The translations under genes were made by a program, and so were the position numbers. From positions 44,950,001-45,014,000 of the forward strand of contig OX597817.1 in NCBI GenBank assembly GCA_951406725.2: DNA of 64,000 nt. The letters run 5' to 3'. This stretch comes from Octopus vulgaris (Eukaryota). Below the pieces are notes generated by a model. That model ran no database searches. It was given only the letters and a program-made list of their open reading frames with translations, and had not been told where the DNA came from. Below, piece after piece: positions 13,419-26,538 of the stretch (the stretch's first letter is position 1; every line of letters starts with the position of its first letter).

Positions 13419-13758
13419 GATATGGAAATAATTTTTTCTCAAGTGCAGAATAATGATGAACAGCATGAATAGGATAAATATTCCTAATATTGCAGAAAAA
13501 ATTGTCAGCGACCAGCCCTGAGACTCAAACTCTCATATCTGTGACTACCGGCCAAGTGCTTTATCACTAAGCTAAACTGCCCACTGTCAAATTTTTTTAC
13601 AATTTATTTACTTATAAATTTATCTTCAAATAGACGCTGTATGGGAAATTCAAAGGTAAACAAACAAGTTTGTCAGAAGAGTTGAGATGTATTGAAATAT
13701 ACAGATATGGAAATAATTTATTCTCAAATGCAGAATAATGCTGAACAGCATGAATAGG
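13419..13758. repeat. About 55-bp imperfect direct repeats bracketing a degenerate tRNA-like segment
   Basis: GATATGGAAATAATTT..TCTCAA.TGCAGAATAATG.TGAACAGCATGAATAGG at 13419 and 13705. Minus-strand 13510-13590 has A-box-like TAGCTTAGTGA and B-box-like GAGTTTGAGTCTC. Confidence 0.6.
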
Positions 13759-14137
13759 GTTATTTTCAGATATTGAACTTCGATGGTAATTATATACATC
13801 GATGGTAATTATAACTACAACTGAGAAACTAGCCCACAAAAGGAACAGCGTTGTACTTGTAGCAGTTCAGCAAAATATATTGCAGCACGGGAGCATTCTT
13901 TACAGTCAAATAGAAATTATTCCCCTCAAAAAAAAAAAAAAAAAGAAGCATTCTACTGCACTGGACCTCAATAATAATCCAACTTATCAAGAATTTGTAG
14001 AGTACCTTTAGAATATTTGATCTATCACCTTGCGTTCACATAAAGTGCGTTCAAATCCATCGGGAACCAACAACCGTTCGCTGTTTCTAGGTCGATAAAA
14101 TATAGTAACCCCGATGATCGATCAAAATGTTTGACCG

Positions 14138-14239
14138 GGTACCTTGCAGATTTGGTCAGGTACCTTGCAGATTTGGTCAGGTACCTTGCAGATTTGGTCA
14201 GGTACCTTGCAGATTTGGTCAGGTACCTTGCAGATTTGG
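14138..14239. repeat. 21-bp minisatellite, about 4.9 perfect copies
   Basis: GGTACCTTGCAGATTTGGTCA units start at 14138, 14159, 14180, 14201 and 14222. Confidence 0.95.
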
Positions 14240-15144
14240 ACTGAATTCAAATTCTACAATGCCCTACAAGAGTTTAAGACTTCATCTGTCGCTTAGTTTA
14301 TCAGAAGTGCTTAACTCAGTGGAAACGTTTGGCGGAAGCAATTTTGTGCAGTCAAGCAATTTTTGATACCTTCCTTTCTCGTAATGGATCGTAAGCAACA
14401 TCATAAGAACCTTATAAGTTTGTAATGGATCATACGCAACGTCAGCCCATGTGACCTAAATGTTGATTAGTATATTTAAACATCACACAATGTTTAACTT
14501 AGTTTGCCATAGGGAATTTTCTGCTTTCTTCGTTATTTCAAATATCTAAGTTCCAGGAACCTTTAATATAATCTCTCTTAAATACAACAGAAAATACAGT
14601 ATCTGGAGTGATAATATCTCTGAACCTCGGCAATAATCATGGAGCATTTTATTATTCATATATATATTCTTCTTATCTATGAACTCCTTCCATTTAAATA
14701 TTTATATATATATTATCTCTATATTCTTCCCTATTGTTAACATATATTTATCTAAGAATGATAATTTAAAATTTAACTTAAACCATATAATTATAAATTC
14801 TGTAAAAGCATTATCAATACCCACACGTAGGTTTCATATTGCAGCCTGGTTTAGAAAGACTCACCTGAAAACAGATACAAATTACGCAGCAAATGTTCCA
14901 TATTTCCATATATAATATTTTTAGATAGGTCTTATTTCCATTGTTTAAAATTGCGTTGTTTCGAAGTATGAAATTTATTTTTAAATACGTGTCATAAGTT
15001 TATTACTCCACTCATAATGTAAGGAGTATACTTGCGTTGCGTACGAATTACGTTAAATCTCACCCAATGCTGTACACAACCAATTTCAGCCATATCGTCT
15101 TCAGTCCACAACAGACTTACGTATAATCGGTGATAAAATATTCT

Positions 15145-15356
15145 TTTCTATTCTAGACGCGAGGCTCGAAATTCTTGAGGAGGAGCCCAGTCGATTAGAT
15201 AGACCCCAGTACCCAACTGGTACTTAATATATCGATGCCCAAAGGATGAAAGACAAAATCGACCTCGGCGGATTTCGAACTCAGAACCTAAGGACAGATG
15301 AAATACCGGCAAGAATTTAGCCCGGCGTGCTAACGCTTCTGCCAGCTCGTAGCCTT
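15145..15356 (-). mobile_element. SINE family B (tail variant), first unit of the triplication
   Basis: Family B head and core on the minus strand. Confidence 0.85.
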
Positions 15357-15820
15357 TGGAGGATAACATTTTATGAAACACTGTAGACACGTCACTATTT
15401 TCGATTAGATAGACCCCAGTACCCAACTGGTACTTAATATATCGATGCCCAAAGGATGAAAGACAAAATCGACCTCGGCGGATTTCGAACTCAGAACCTA
15501 AGGACAGATGAAATACCGGCAAGAATTTAGCCCGGCGTGCTAACGCTTCTGCCAGCTCGTAGCCTTTGGAGGATAACATTTTATGAAACACTGTAGACAC
15601 GTCACTATTTTCGATTAGATAGACCCCAGTACCCAACTGGTACTTAATATATCGATGCCCAAAGGATGAAAGACAAAATCGACCTCGGCGGATTTCGAAC
15701 TCAGAACCTAAGGACAGATGAAATACCGGCAAGAATTTAGCCCGGCGTGCTAACGCTTCTGCCAGCTCGTAGCCTTTGGAGGATAAAATTTTATGAAACA
15801 CTGTAGACACGTCACTATTT
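15191..15820. repeat. 210-bp x3 tandem triplication (SINE B part plus flank)
   Basis: Units start at 15191, 15401 and 15611. I saw one substitution (15787). Confidence 0.95.
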
Positions 15821-15854
15821 TCCTTTCTTTCAACGTTCAATGTAACACAAAACA

Positions 15855-15926
<72 letters not shown>

Positions 15927-16024
15927 TGTATGTATGTATGTGTATGTGTGCGTGTGAGAGAGTGAATGTGCGCGTGTGTGTTTGTGTGTGTGTGTGAATT
16001 ATAAACAAACGAATGGGTTACGTG

Positions 16025-16139
16025 GTGCTGCTACAGTTGTTTCATTACGTGACGTAAACATTGTACAGTCAAATATTCAGTACGCCCATCTTCAATATTA
16101 TGTAATACGATAAGCAACACCCAAATCATCAGGCTTGCA
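16025..16139 (-). ncRNA. Hammerhead-like motif with extended (82-nt) helix-II region
   Basis: Minus strand: TGCAAGC-CTGATGA-[82 nt, partly self-complementary]-GAAAC-AACT-GTA-GCAGCA. The helix I arms pair as GC/GC plus TGC/GCA. Confidence 0.4.
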
Positions 16140-16924
16140 AAATGAAAATGCGAACAGTGACATGTTGATCGCTACACAGATCATCATCAAGTGCAATTTT
16201 TAATCGGATTTGCCGACTTTTAAGAAATGTAAAGTTGGTGTTACATCAATCTGTCAGGTACAAGTTCGGGATGCAGAATAAGGTTGTAAATTAAAGAAAA
16301 GCTAAAACGTATTTCTATTCTAACGTTGTCATAAACTTAACGATCTTATCCATGACGTCGTGTATTGTAGAAAGCAGGAGGCAAAGATTTGATCCTTTCA
16401 AAACATATTTGAAGACTGTTGCCAACGTAGTTCTAAAAATAAACATATGTATTGTTATATCATTTAGGACACTATCAAGTAACTTTTGTAAATAAATTTC
16501 AGTGTTATTTATTCATTTCTTTAATTCATCTTGAACCAAGTGTACTAATTAATAGTAGCAGAAGTAAGAGAATATTAGCTTTGATTAAGCAAGATTCTCT
16601 AATTATAATTCAGAGGACAATAACATAAGGCAAAACAGAAGATATCGAAGGTCCTTGCGAAATTTCAGTTGAGACGGCGTGAAAAAGGAGAGAGAAGAAA
16701 ATGACAGGAAAATAAGTAATAATTTGATATATTCATAATCACAATGCCAGTATTCATAACCTATAAAATACTTGGACAGAAAGTGAGTAGGACAAAAGAA
16801 TGACAATAGCATAAAGAAATGAGTGCTTATACTGGACTGTAATAATCAGTGTCGACATAAATATATAATTGTATAATAGAACAAATAGAAAGATAAATTT
16901 TATTCAACTGGTAGATATTGAACA

Positions 16925-16994
<70 letters not shown>

Positions 16995-17051
16995 GTATAT
17001 GTATGTATGTATGTATATGTATGTATATGTATGTATATATATGTATGTATG

Positions 17052-17124
<73 letters not shown>

Positions 17125-17130
17125 AGGATA

Positions 17131-17345
17131 AGGTGGTGAGCTGGCAGAAACGTTAACACGCCGGGCGAAATGCGTAGCCGTATTTCGTCTGCCGCTACGT
17201 TCTGAGTTCAACTTTGCCTTTCATTCTTTCGGGATCGATAAATTAAGTACCAGTTACGCACTGGGGGCGATGTAATCGACTTAATCTGTTTGTCTGTCCT
17301 TGTTTCTCCCCTTTATGTTTAGCCTCGTGTAGGCAATAAAGAAAT
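17131..17345 (+). mobile_element. SINE family B
   Basis: GGTGGTGAGCTGGCAGAAACGTTAAC...GATAAATTAAGTACCAG...AATAAAGAAAT. Confidence 0.85.
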
Positions 17346-18051
17346 GAATTTAAGAAGTTATAGAATCATCCAAGAACGCTTGATGTCGTATAGTTTAAAT
17401 GTATAAAATTTTTAAATGTATGTTAGTTCAATATCGAAATGTAGAGAGATAAGTTATATAGCTGTAGTGATTTTACAAGTTGAAAAGCCAGGAATAATCA
17501 AAAAGGAAAACCCAAACCGGTATTGCTAATAAAAATAAAGGAAAACATGAATCACATCGATTCAATTAACGACCGTTGCCACAATATTACCGAGCTGAAA
17601 GGAAGTTAATTGAAATTATACAGGTTAACTAGATAGGCCAGATCACTATTATAATAAGTTAAAATTATGGGATGTGTTAAGAAAATGCTCAAAAGATGTA
17701 AATGCTCAAAAGATGTAAAGGAGTTATGAAGAGTTTTATGAATCTTATTCCTGGCTATTAATGTTTGTTCTCTATAGTTATAGATGCCTATCCATTACTA
17801 AGAGAAGGTATTATAGAATTGGTTTCATGTGTAAGAAATTTCTGTGAATAAAGTGCGGACATTTGATTCTTAATTCCTCCAATCTGTTAAAATCACCTAT
17901 ACATTTTAAGATTTCCAACAATTTCAAACACCAGTGATTTGAGCCAAATCTATCATTAGCATAAGGCTTGTTGTATCTAGCGATACTCCATGTTTATTGG
18001 AAGTCAACATTGCTGTACATTAACACCCAGACCATCATGGAGACAATGATA

Positions 18052-18312
18052 TTTTCTCTTTTACTCTTTTACTCTTTTACTTGTTTCAGTCATTTGACTG
18101 CGGCCATGCTGGAGCACCACCTTTATTCGAGCCAATCGACCCCAGAGCTTATTCTTTGTAAGCCTAGTACTTCTTCATCTTTTTGCCGAACCGTTGTGTT
18201 ATGGGGACGTAAGCACTCCCGCATCGGTTGTCAAGCGATGTTGGGGAGACAGAGATACACAAACATACACTCACACACACCAACACACAGAAACACAAAA
18301 ACAAACACACAA

Positions 18313-18363
<51 letters not shown>

Positions 18364-18527
18364 CGACGGGCTTCTTTCAGTTTCTGTCTACCAAATCCAC
18401 TCACAAGGCTTTAATCGGCCCGAGGCTATAATAGAAGACACTTGCCCAAGGTGCCACGCAGTAGGTCTGAACACGGAGCCATGTGGTTGGTAAGCAAACT
18501 ACTTATCACACAGCCACTCCTACGCCT
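18052..18527 (-). mobile_element. SINE family A
   Basis: Full-length reverse copy. Confidence 0.9.
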
Positions 18528-19219
18528 ATGAATGAAAGCGATTATGTATCCTTCATTTAAAGATGAAAGGAGTGTTATCGACGTAAATGAAAGTATGTGT
18601 ATTAGTATTAAAATTACATCTAGGTAACCTGTATTTTGTCAAGCATTTATTTCCGAGCGGGCGCTCATATTTCTTTATATAATTTAATTAACTCTGGGAT
18701 GAGAATACAGTGGTTACATAGCTTATACCATTATGCGGTACTCAGCCATAATCAGTAGCACAGTTATATTGCGTTAGCCATCCATCAACACTTACATTAT
18801 CATCATTTGGTAATGCAGTTATTATAAACATCGCATGGTCTCCTAAGTGTTCCAAAATGATTATATTCGTTATCATTATCATTAATATTACCACAATTAT
18901 AGTTCTTGCCATAACAATATTGTTGCTGTAGTTATTACTTTGTGAATTGTTACACATATGATGGTTATTCCTTATAGATTTGCGATACTTAATATTATTG
19001 TTAACACAACTACCTGCATTATCCGTATAATTATTGTAGTCTTTATCACTATTATTATTCCCATTATTATTTCTCATGTTATTATTTTTGTTATCATTCT
19101 TACCATTAAAATGTTCCGGTGATAAGAGGATGTATGTGAAAAAATAAAAAAAAATAAACAACTATGACGATTTGTAGTGGGAAATACGAAGGTTGTGTTC
19201 AATGAAGAGAGTAGACGTG

Positions 19220-19560
19220 AGCATTTTATGTCGATAAACAGGCACGTTCTTTCTGTTTAGCACAACAATGTTCGGTTTCCGAACGTCTTCCCAGGTGATC
19301 ATACTGAATCATTGCATTCCACAGGATTTTGCAATTCTTATACCCCATTATCCTTCTAGAGTTTGCTTTTACCTCGTCTTTCCTCTTTGTAAGCCGTGCT
19401 TTTCACAGGCTGCCAATGTATGTATAATTCTTGTCACATTGTCATGGCTTCGTTTGTAATCGCGTTGTACCAAATTCGGGCATTCAGTAACGATGTGCCA
19501 TACCGTTTCACCCTTCACACTACACATTCTACATTTGTCATTGTCGGTAGTGTTTTCATT
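19220..19560 (-). mobile_element. R4/Dong-like LINE fragment: CCHC knuckle to REL endonuclease start
   Basis: CRMC..GETVWHIVTECP....YKRSHDNV (CCHC), followed by KILWN..IQ.DH..RKPNIVV. Abuts (ATT)n. Confidence 0.8.
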
Positions 19561-19570
19561 ATTATTATTA

Positions 19571-19620
<50 letters not shown>

Positions 19621-19777
19621 GTACATTTATTGTTTTTTTTTACTTCTGCTTTTATCAGTACCACTAGTTTTCCTCTGTTGCATCGGTTTCTATTATTTAT
19701 CTTACAATTTTACCAGTAGTTCCATCAAAATATGATTATGAGCATTATCGTTGCTAACAGCAACAACAACAGCAATG

Positions 19778-19829
<52 letters not shown>

Positions 19830-19856
19830 TAATAATAATAACAACAACAACGATGA

Positions 19857-20203
19857 TGCTGGATCATAGATATAGCATGCCCAGCTGAAAACAAGTTATG
19901 CGATAAGGAAGAAAGAAATGTTGAGAGATATGACAGGCTAACTTGGGAATTTAAGCAGTTGTGGTCGATGGAAAAGGTAGCAGTAGTACCAATAATTGTC
20001 GGAGCCCTGGCAACAGTTCGCAAAAATCTCAAGAAGTAGGAGGAACAAATAGGGGCTACAATAAGGGTGGAGCACTTGCAGGAAACAGTACCTGCTTGGA
20101 AACGCTCGAATACTCTCGAAAAATAAGAGGTGTTACCTTAGTTCACTGGTACTGCACAGCTGACACTGTAGTACATCTCCAGCGTTAGAAGCCGTGCAAA
20201 GGC

Positions 20204-20254
<51 letters not shown>
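19857..20254 (+). mobile_element. R4/Dong-like LINE 3' end with (AAT)n tail
   Basis: CWIIDIACPAENKLCDKEERNVERYDRL...VVPIIVGALATV (REL endonuclease), then a short 3' UTR. (TAA)n on both sides. Confidence 0.85.
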
Positions 20255-20255
<1 letters not shown>

Positions 20256-20830
20256 GACTCCTGCTTACCGATAGATATTGCAGTCCCTTGACAAAATATT
20301 GTTCAAAAAAAGAAGTGGAGAAATTGTCAAATTACAAAGAACTCGAAATTGAAGTATTCAAGATATAGAGCATGAAGGTGAAAACAAGATATGTAATAAG
20401 TGGTGCACTGTGCATTATAAAAGATATGAACAAAAACTTCGAGGGTACACCTCGATCCTCAAGACTACACACCATATATAAAAAAACTCTGCTAGGAACA
20501 GCCCGCATACTACGTAAGATTATGTCTATTCAATAATACAACCTAAACAAAACAATCTTCAAATACAAGACACTCTATGCAGCAAATATCCAATGAAATA
20601 AACTACAACCAGAAAGTTATATAACCAACGCATTACACACGGAGCACACAATACAAACGTAAATAAAACAAAAGACTTCACCACGCCTAAATAAAACGCA
20701 ATATAATACTGGGAAGAATTTGTACACTCAATTAAAAAAAAAGAAAAGAAAGAACAAACAATGCTGTACGCACACCAGCACAAAGGAATGTAGCATGTGT
20801 TGCAGTAGAAATTTGCCTGAATCTACCAAA
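20255..20830 (+). mobile_element. Second R4/Dong-like LINE 3' end and UTR
   Basis: SCLPIDIAVP..KEVEKLSNYKELEIE..ISGAL..TLLGTARILRKIMSIQ*, followed by a C/A-rich UTR and (CAA/TAA)n. Confidence 0.75.
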
Positions 20831-21298
20831 TGTTGAACAACAGCAACAACAACAATAACAACGACAATAATAATAATAACAATAATAACTATAATAATTA
20901 TAATAATATTTTTAGTATTATCATTAATATTCTTGATAAGGCCGTTAGTAGAATTATGTTTAGAAATACTAATACTATGACTGATTACTCCGTTTTTGTT
21001 AAGAGGGTCGCCAGATCTAGACATATAAGTAAATTCACCTTGTAACCAGGTCTATTGAGTGTTTCATTATTATAGTACCGAGAATGCTGACTAAATGAAT
21101 TTTCATTAGCTAATAAATGGCAAATTATAGTAGATACCCTTTTATTATAGAATTTATTATGCCGCTAGAATAACAGGGATTAAGGTTCAAGGTGACATGC
21201 AGTAAGTTAGTTATTTTAAGATTATTTTCCACCTTAATACCTCGTCCATTCTTGCTGAAACATGTAACATACATATATATATACACATGTGTTTGTGG

Positions 21299-21333
<35 letters not shown>

Positions 21334-22330
21334 CTGTATCAGTGCATGATGTGTATGTATGTATTTATGTATGTATGTATGTATGTATGTATGTATGTAT
21401 GTATGTATGTATGTATGTATGTATGTATGTATGTGTGTTTGTGTGTTTCCGTGGATGTATGTGATTATGATTGAGCTGAAGTGAATTATAACATCGATGT
21501 CCAGCTAAAATAAGAAAATATCAATTAAAGATCTTTGATATCAATACTTAACAGAATGGTTTGTTAGTAACGTTAGTGATGGAGGAAATAAACCCGAATT
21601 ATGTTAAATTAACTTTGCAGTTGCTACACTCGAAATACATTTATTTAGCTTTCGTTATACAATTTTCCGCTCTCTCTGATGACCACATAATATGATTCAT
21701 ATTATAGGAGTAGGAATGAAGCAAGCTTTCATATAATATCTACTACCGCTTATGGGTCTATGTACTATATTCATCTTTGATGAACTGGATCAGAGTGTGA
21801 AACATCAAAGAACTTCAATTTAAAATACTCATGCAACATGGAAGGCAGTAAAATTCAGTGTTAGGCGTCATCATTTCAATAATTACACAAAGCTTGATTA
21901 TTAGAAATGGTCACATGATACTCTGTCGAAAACCGGTAACTCTTTCGATGCTCGTCTCATAATTGTTCACTTCCCTTTGCTCTTCTAGTTAGCATCTTTG
22001 TAATTCTATTTCCGCTTCTCATAAAATAAACAGAGTTTTGTACTAAGTCAATACGAAACTAATTTCTGCCAATCGGTCTGTTCCCAAATTATTCCTTTTC
22101 GGACCACTTGGTTCAAATGCTTCAGAGATTGAATTAGCTGTTCGCTTACATGGTGATAATGAACAAAATCACAGTAATGTTTACTAAAGATTGTCCAAAA
22201 CTCTTACTTCTGTGCACCAATTTCGAATTAGTCGCCCTGTAAAAATATCAGCCTAACATCTCTGGTGAGTTGCGTAATACCTTTTTAAAAATAAAGAGAT
22301 GCGTTGGAAAGTGTAGTCCTAGATAATCTA

Positions 22331-22544
22331 TTGGGTTGTTCGGAAAGTTCGTGCCGATTTTAAAAGGAAAGAAAAAGGTCAATAAATACTTATAGGAACA
22401 TAAACCTTCTTCCACGAAAAAATACCTTATACTGTGCTCTAAATGGAGGTGTAGTCTAATCCTATTTTATGAACTCAACCATGTTCTAAAATATGTCGAA
22501 AAGTAAGCTACTATAAATCGGCACGTACTTTCCGGACAACCCAA
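22331..22544. mobile_element. Tc1/mariner-type MITE
   Basis: About 30-bp TIRs TTGGGTTGT(T/C)CGGAAAGT(T/A)CGTGCCGATTT at both ends. TA on the left, TTA on the right. Confidence 0.8.
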
Positions 22545-23199
22545 TTATACGATAAACAGACAGATGTGTCACATCTTTTGACAAAATTGTTGTCCGATAT
22601 TCGAGAAGCCTGCAACAGCAGCAACGATTATCAACATTTTGGTTCGCTCTGTTGGATGATTATTACTGTTAGATTTATCTCCATAGAAAGAACTGAAAAA
22701 GAAATTGTGTGATATTTATCAATTTGGATACCTAAGAGAACAGAAGCAGACAGTTCGACTACGACAACGTGCGGTAGCTTGGGAAGAGGACATTCAAATT
22801 AGCAAAGATACTTGACTCAAAGATAAACAAACCAAAATGATTTTAATTATATCTGAATTATATTTGAGACAGAAGGTTGTCTACAGAGAGTTTGATACAT
22901 TTTTAGATGCACTGTAGTATTTAGTTTAAGTTGTAATATTTTAATACTGTCTTACTGTGTTCGACATGAACTATATATACTTAGCATTGAATGAAAGATC
23001 AGGAAGGCATTGTGGAAAATGTCATTCGGCATTAAGATATTTCAAACGTGAGTTGAAGTTGTATCCGAGTAGTAAAAGAGAGCAACATTAATAAACTGCG
23101 CGTGGATTATACACCTAAACTGACGTCCATTGTTACTATACAAAGTTATGAATCTAGATTTTAGATATCAGGTGCGCATCAGTATTTAAGTAACTACTA

Positions 23200-23415
23200 C
23201 GGCTGTGAGATGGCAGAATCGTTAGCACGCCGAACAAAATACTGAGTAGCAGCTCGTCCATCTTTACATTTTGAGTTCAAATTCTGGCTTAGTCGAGTTT
23301 GCATTTCATCCTTTTGGGTTCGATGAAATATGTACTAGTTGAACAATGCGGTCGATGTTATCACCTTACACCATCCTTGAAATTCCTGGCCTTGTGCCAA
23401 AATTTGAACCCAATA
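23200..23415 (+). mobile_element. SINE family B, diverged
   Basis: TGGCAGAATCGTTAGCACGCC...TTTCATCCTTTTGGGTTCGATGAAAT...GGCCTTGTGCCAAAATTTGAA. Confidence 0.75.
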
Positions 23416-25169
23416 TTTCATTAACTACTCAACAATAATAACTGTTTCAAAGCCTTTCCTTAGAAAGGTATTGCTTATGACATTACATGGTTTGTGAGAC
23501 TGATGGGACAAAAGTATTCCAAAGCGGGAGTCCTTACCTGAAGTGTTGCATGGAACGGATTCTACAAAAGGTATCCAGAGTATCTGATGCTGGTGCTAAT
23601 CTTGGTAACAAATTAAGCTTAACACTCCAGTAAACCATAACGTAATTTGAACTCAGTATACAAAGATCCAGATCAAATACCACAAGACATCCAGTCTGAC
23701 GTCTAACAGATCCACCAGTCCACCATGGAGGATTGGTTCCTTTCTATCGGCCCAAGAATGTTTGAAAGGTAAACTTGACGACGGTTGAATCTGAAATTAA
23801 GGCGAAATCAACCGGAACGCATACTTCCAGTTATTTTACACAGCTCTCTAATTCATTCATTTAATAGGTTTTACATTCAAGTTGTATTTTTTCATGTGTA
23901 TGGCATTGGTGAAAATATGCATTAGGCTTACTGAAGAATATGTAATGAATTATTTATGGCTAATAAGGGAGTTATTAATATCATTTTAGATATTTTTACT
24001 TTCATGAAAAATACTTCTGTTGGTGTTTATGATGATATATAATTTGTAATTTCTAGATATTTTGTTGATTAACTCTACGGTATACTGTAATTATTGGTAA
24101 TTATTGCTCATTGTTATGATTGTTTTTGTAATAATTATAGTTAATTAAGATTGTTTAAGTCGTTAATAAAGTTATTTTTATCCAGGAAAATATACATTCG
24201 GCTGATTTATTCTCATTTATAGATTTATTACTTAACATGTGCGTATTACAACACCCCAATTTAATTTCAGCCTGTACCTGTAAGGTCACGAGAACGAGTG
24301 AGGAAGTTGGGCTTGCCTCTGATGTCCTTGGTGGCAGGAGTAATTAGGGATCAATAGAATTCCCTGTTTGACAACGGGCAGTATTACATCTGATATAGAG
24401 GAAGCTATAGATAATGTCTATGTTCATAAGTGTTGCCTTTAATATTATTCATGAACACACGTGCGCGTGCACTCTCTTACACACACACACACGAATACAT
24501 ACGCGCACACACGCTCACACACGTGAATTGCTGCTTTCCCTTTGTATTGTATTATCTTGAATGTGTTTTCCAGAACTTGATCATGTTACAATCCACTCAT
24601 TTGGTAATGCCGATTAATTGTTTACAAGACTGCAACTAATTTTCGTCCTATCCAGTACGTCAATAGCACATTTCTCAACGTCTTTATTTCACCCATTTGG
24701 CCAAAATAACTACGTAGGCTTACAAGCCTGTCCCTACTTTTCATACTATGTCATTATTGATACGTACTTATTATTGATAAAATAAATCTTGGTATGTACT
24801 TAATTGTTACTTTTATTTAATTACATTATATTAACAGTATCATTTACATATTTTTTTGTAAAATTTATATTAGTTACTAGTAAAGATACTTATTCATTCA
24901 AACATATTAGTCGATAGGTTGGGTTCTCATATGTATATTTGTCTATTTAATTTCTAGTATAGATGCATGATTCATAGGTTTTCTTAACATGGCGTTTATT
25001 TTAACCAAATCTATTTAAATTTGTTGAATGTATATTAACTTTATGAACTATTCATAGGTATTAGTTACACTGTCTATTTAACCATATCTATTTAAATTTA
25101 TTGAGTATATATTTAACTTCATGAAAACATCAGTGTCCCCTATCAGTTTTCTATGAACTTTTAAACTGT

Positions 25170-25390
<221 letters not shown>

Positions 25391-25868
25391 ATTACTGTGC
25401 GGGCGTATAGTGAACTAAAAAATCATTCTTTCGAAATCATCCACTATTGTGTAATGAAAATAGCATATCCTTGGAATGCAATTATAATTTTTATTGAAGA
25501 AAGTCAAAAACAACGTCTGGTTTATCAATTAAAACCTAGACCAATTCAAATACAAAAGCTATTTTCCTTTCCCTTCTTTTTCCTACTTTCCTTAAAGGGC
25601 CATTAAGTACTAAACAAACAAGTCTGACCATACGAAAGCCACGTCGCTTTACCTTCCCCTCCTTCTCAAAAAATGTTCTTTCATCTTTATTGCTTGGCGA
25701 ACCCCAGAAAATTCTTTATAAAATTTTTGATGAATCTGATAACGGAAGAAAGAGTTAAAAAATGTAAATAAGATGTAAATAAAAAAAAAAAAATATATAT
25801 ATTCATCCAACATTCTGACTACCTTATCATTCTAGATGTATAATATTTGTACATCACTTCAAAAACTC

Positions 25869-25899
<31 letters not shown>

Positions 25900-26071
25900 T
25901 CTCTCTCTCTATCTCTCCCTCTCTCTCTCTCTCTCTCTCCCTCTCTCTCTCTCTGTATATATATATATATATATAGTGTAATAAATAAAATATATGCATA
26001 CATACATACATACATATATGTACGTACCTACATCTACATGTATATATACAAAGATATATAAATATATATAC

Positions 26072-26494
26072 GTGAGTGCAGGACACCAGAAATAGACGTA
26101 GAACTCAACGAGAAACGAAAACGGATAAAGAAGCATGGAACAGACCAATTTTTTACAACGAAAAACAGAGTACAAGACAAGCTACACAAGGAAAAATCCT
26201 CTTCACCAGCTGTCCCTAGTTCAACTCCAGCGTGTTTCGAATGTAGGACAGAACACGACTCGTCGAACTAGCCCTTCCTGCGAAGAAATTAAATAAAATT
26301 ACTTCGCAGAGGGGTAAAAACAAAGAACGAAAGAAAGAAATGTAACAAAAACAGAACGTAAAAACGAGACAAATAAAATTACAATTTCGGCTGGTTATAC
26401 TCGACATTGCTCTAATCTGGCCAGCCCCAAGAAAAATACTAAGCTAAGAGCATTGGATTCCTTGGAAGAAAGCAGCGAATGTATACGAAAACAA

Positions 26495-26498
<4 letters not shown>
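26072..26498. mobile_element. Unclassified purine-rich insert between TA tracts, with internal hairpin (Penelope-like terminal repeat?)
   Basis: Bounded by TA-rich repeats. Contains CTTCACCAG and GTTTCG motifs, and the hairpin CCTTCCTGCGAAG...CTTCGCAGAGGG at about 26273-26314. Confidence 0.35.

Positions 26499-26536
<38 letters not shown>

Positions 26537-26538
<2 letters not shown>

Noticed and set aside
14138-14239. CRISPR-like array
   Set aside because: Head-to-tail repeats with no spacers, in eukaryotic context, with no cas genes.
15148-15855. 235-aa repeat ORF as a real gene
   Set aside because: It is entirely the triplicated SINE plus flank, with no ATG start; kept only as a repeat finding.
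22034-24430. Isolated splice-like signals (22265 donor, 23537 minus-strand donor, 24270 acceptor)
   Set aside because: No consistent open exon chain or recognisable peptide.
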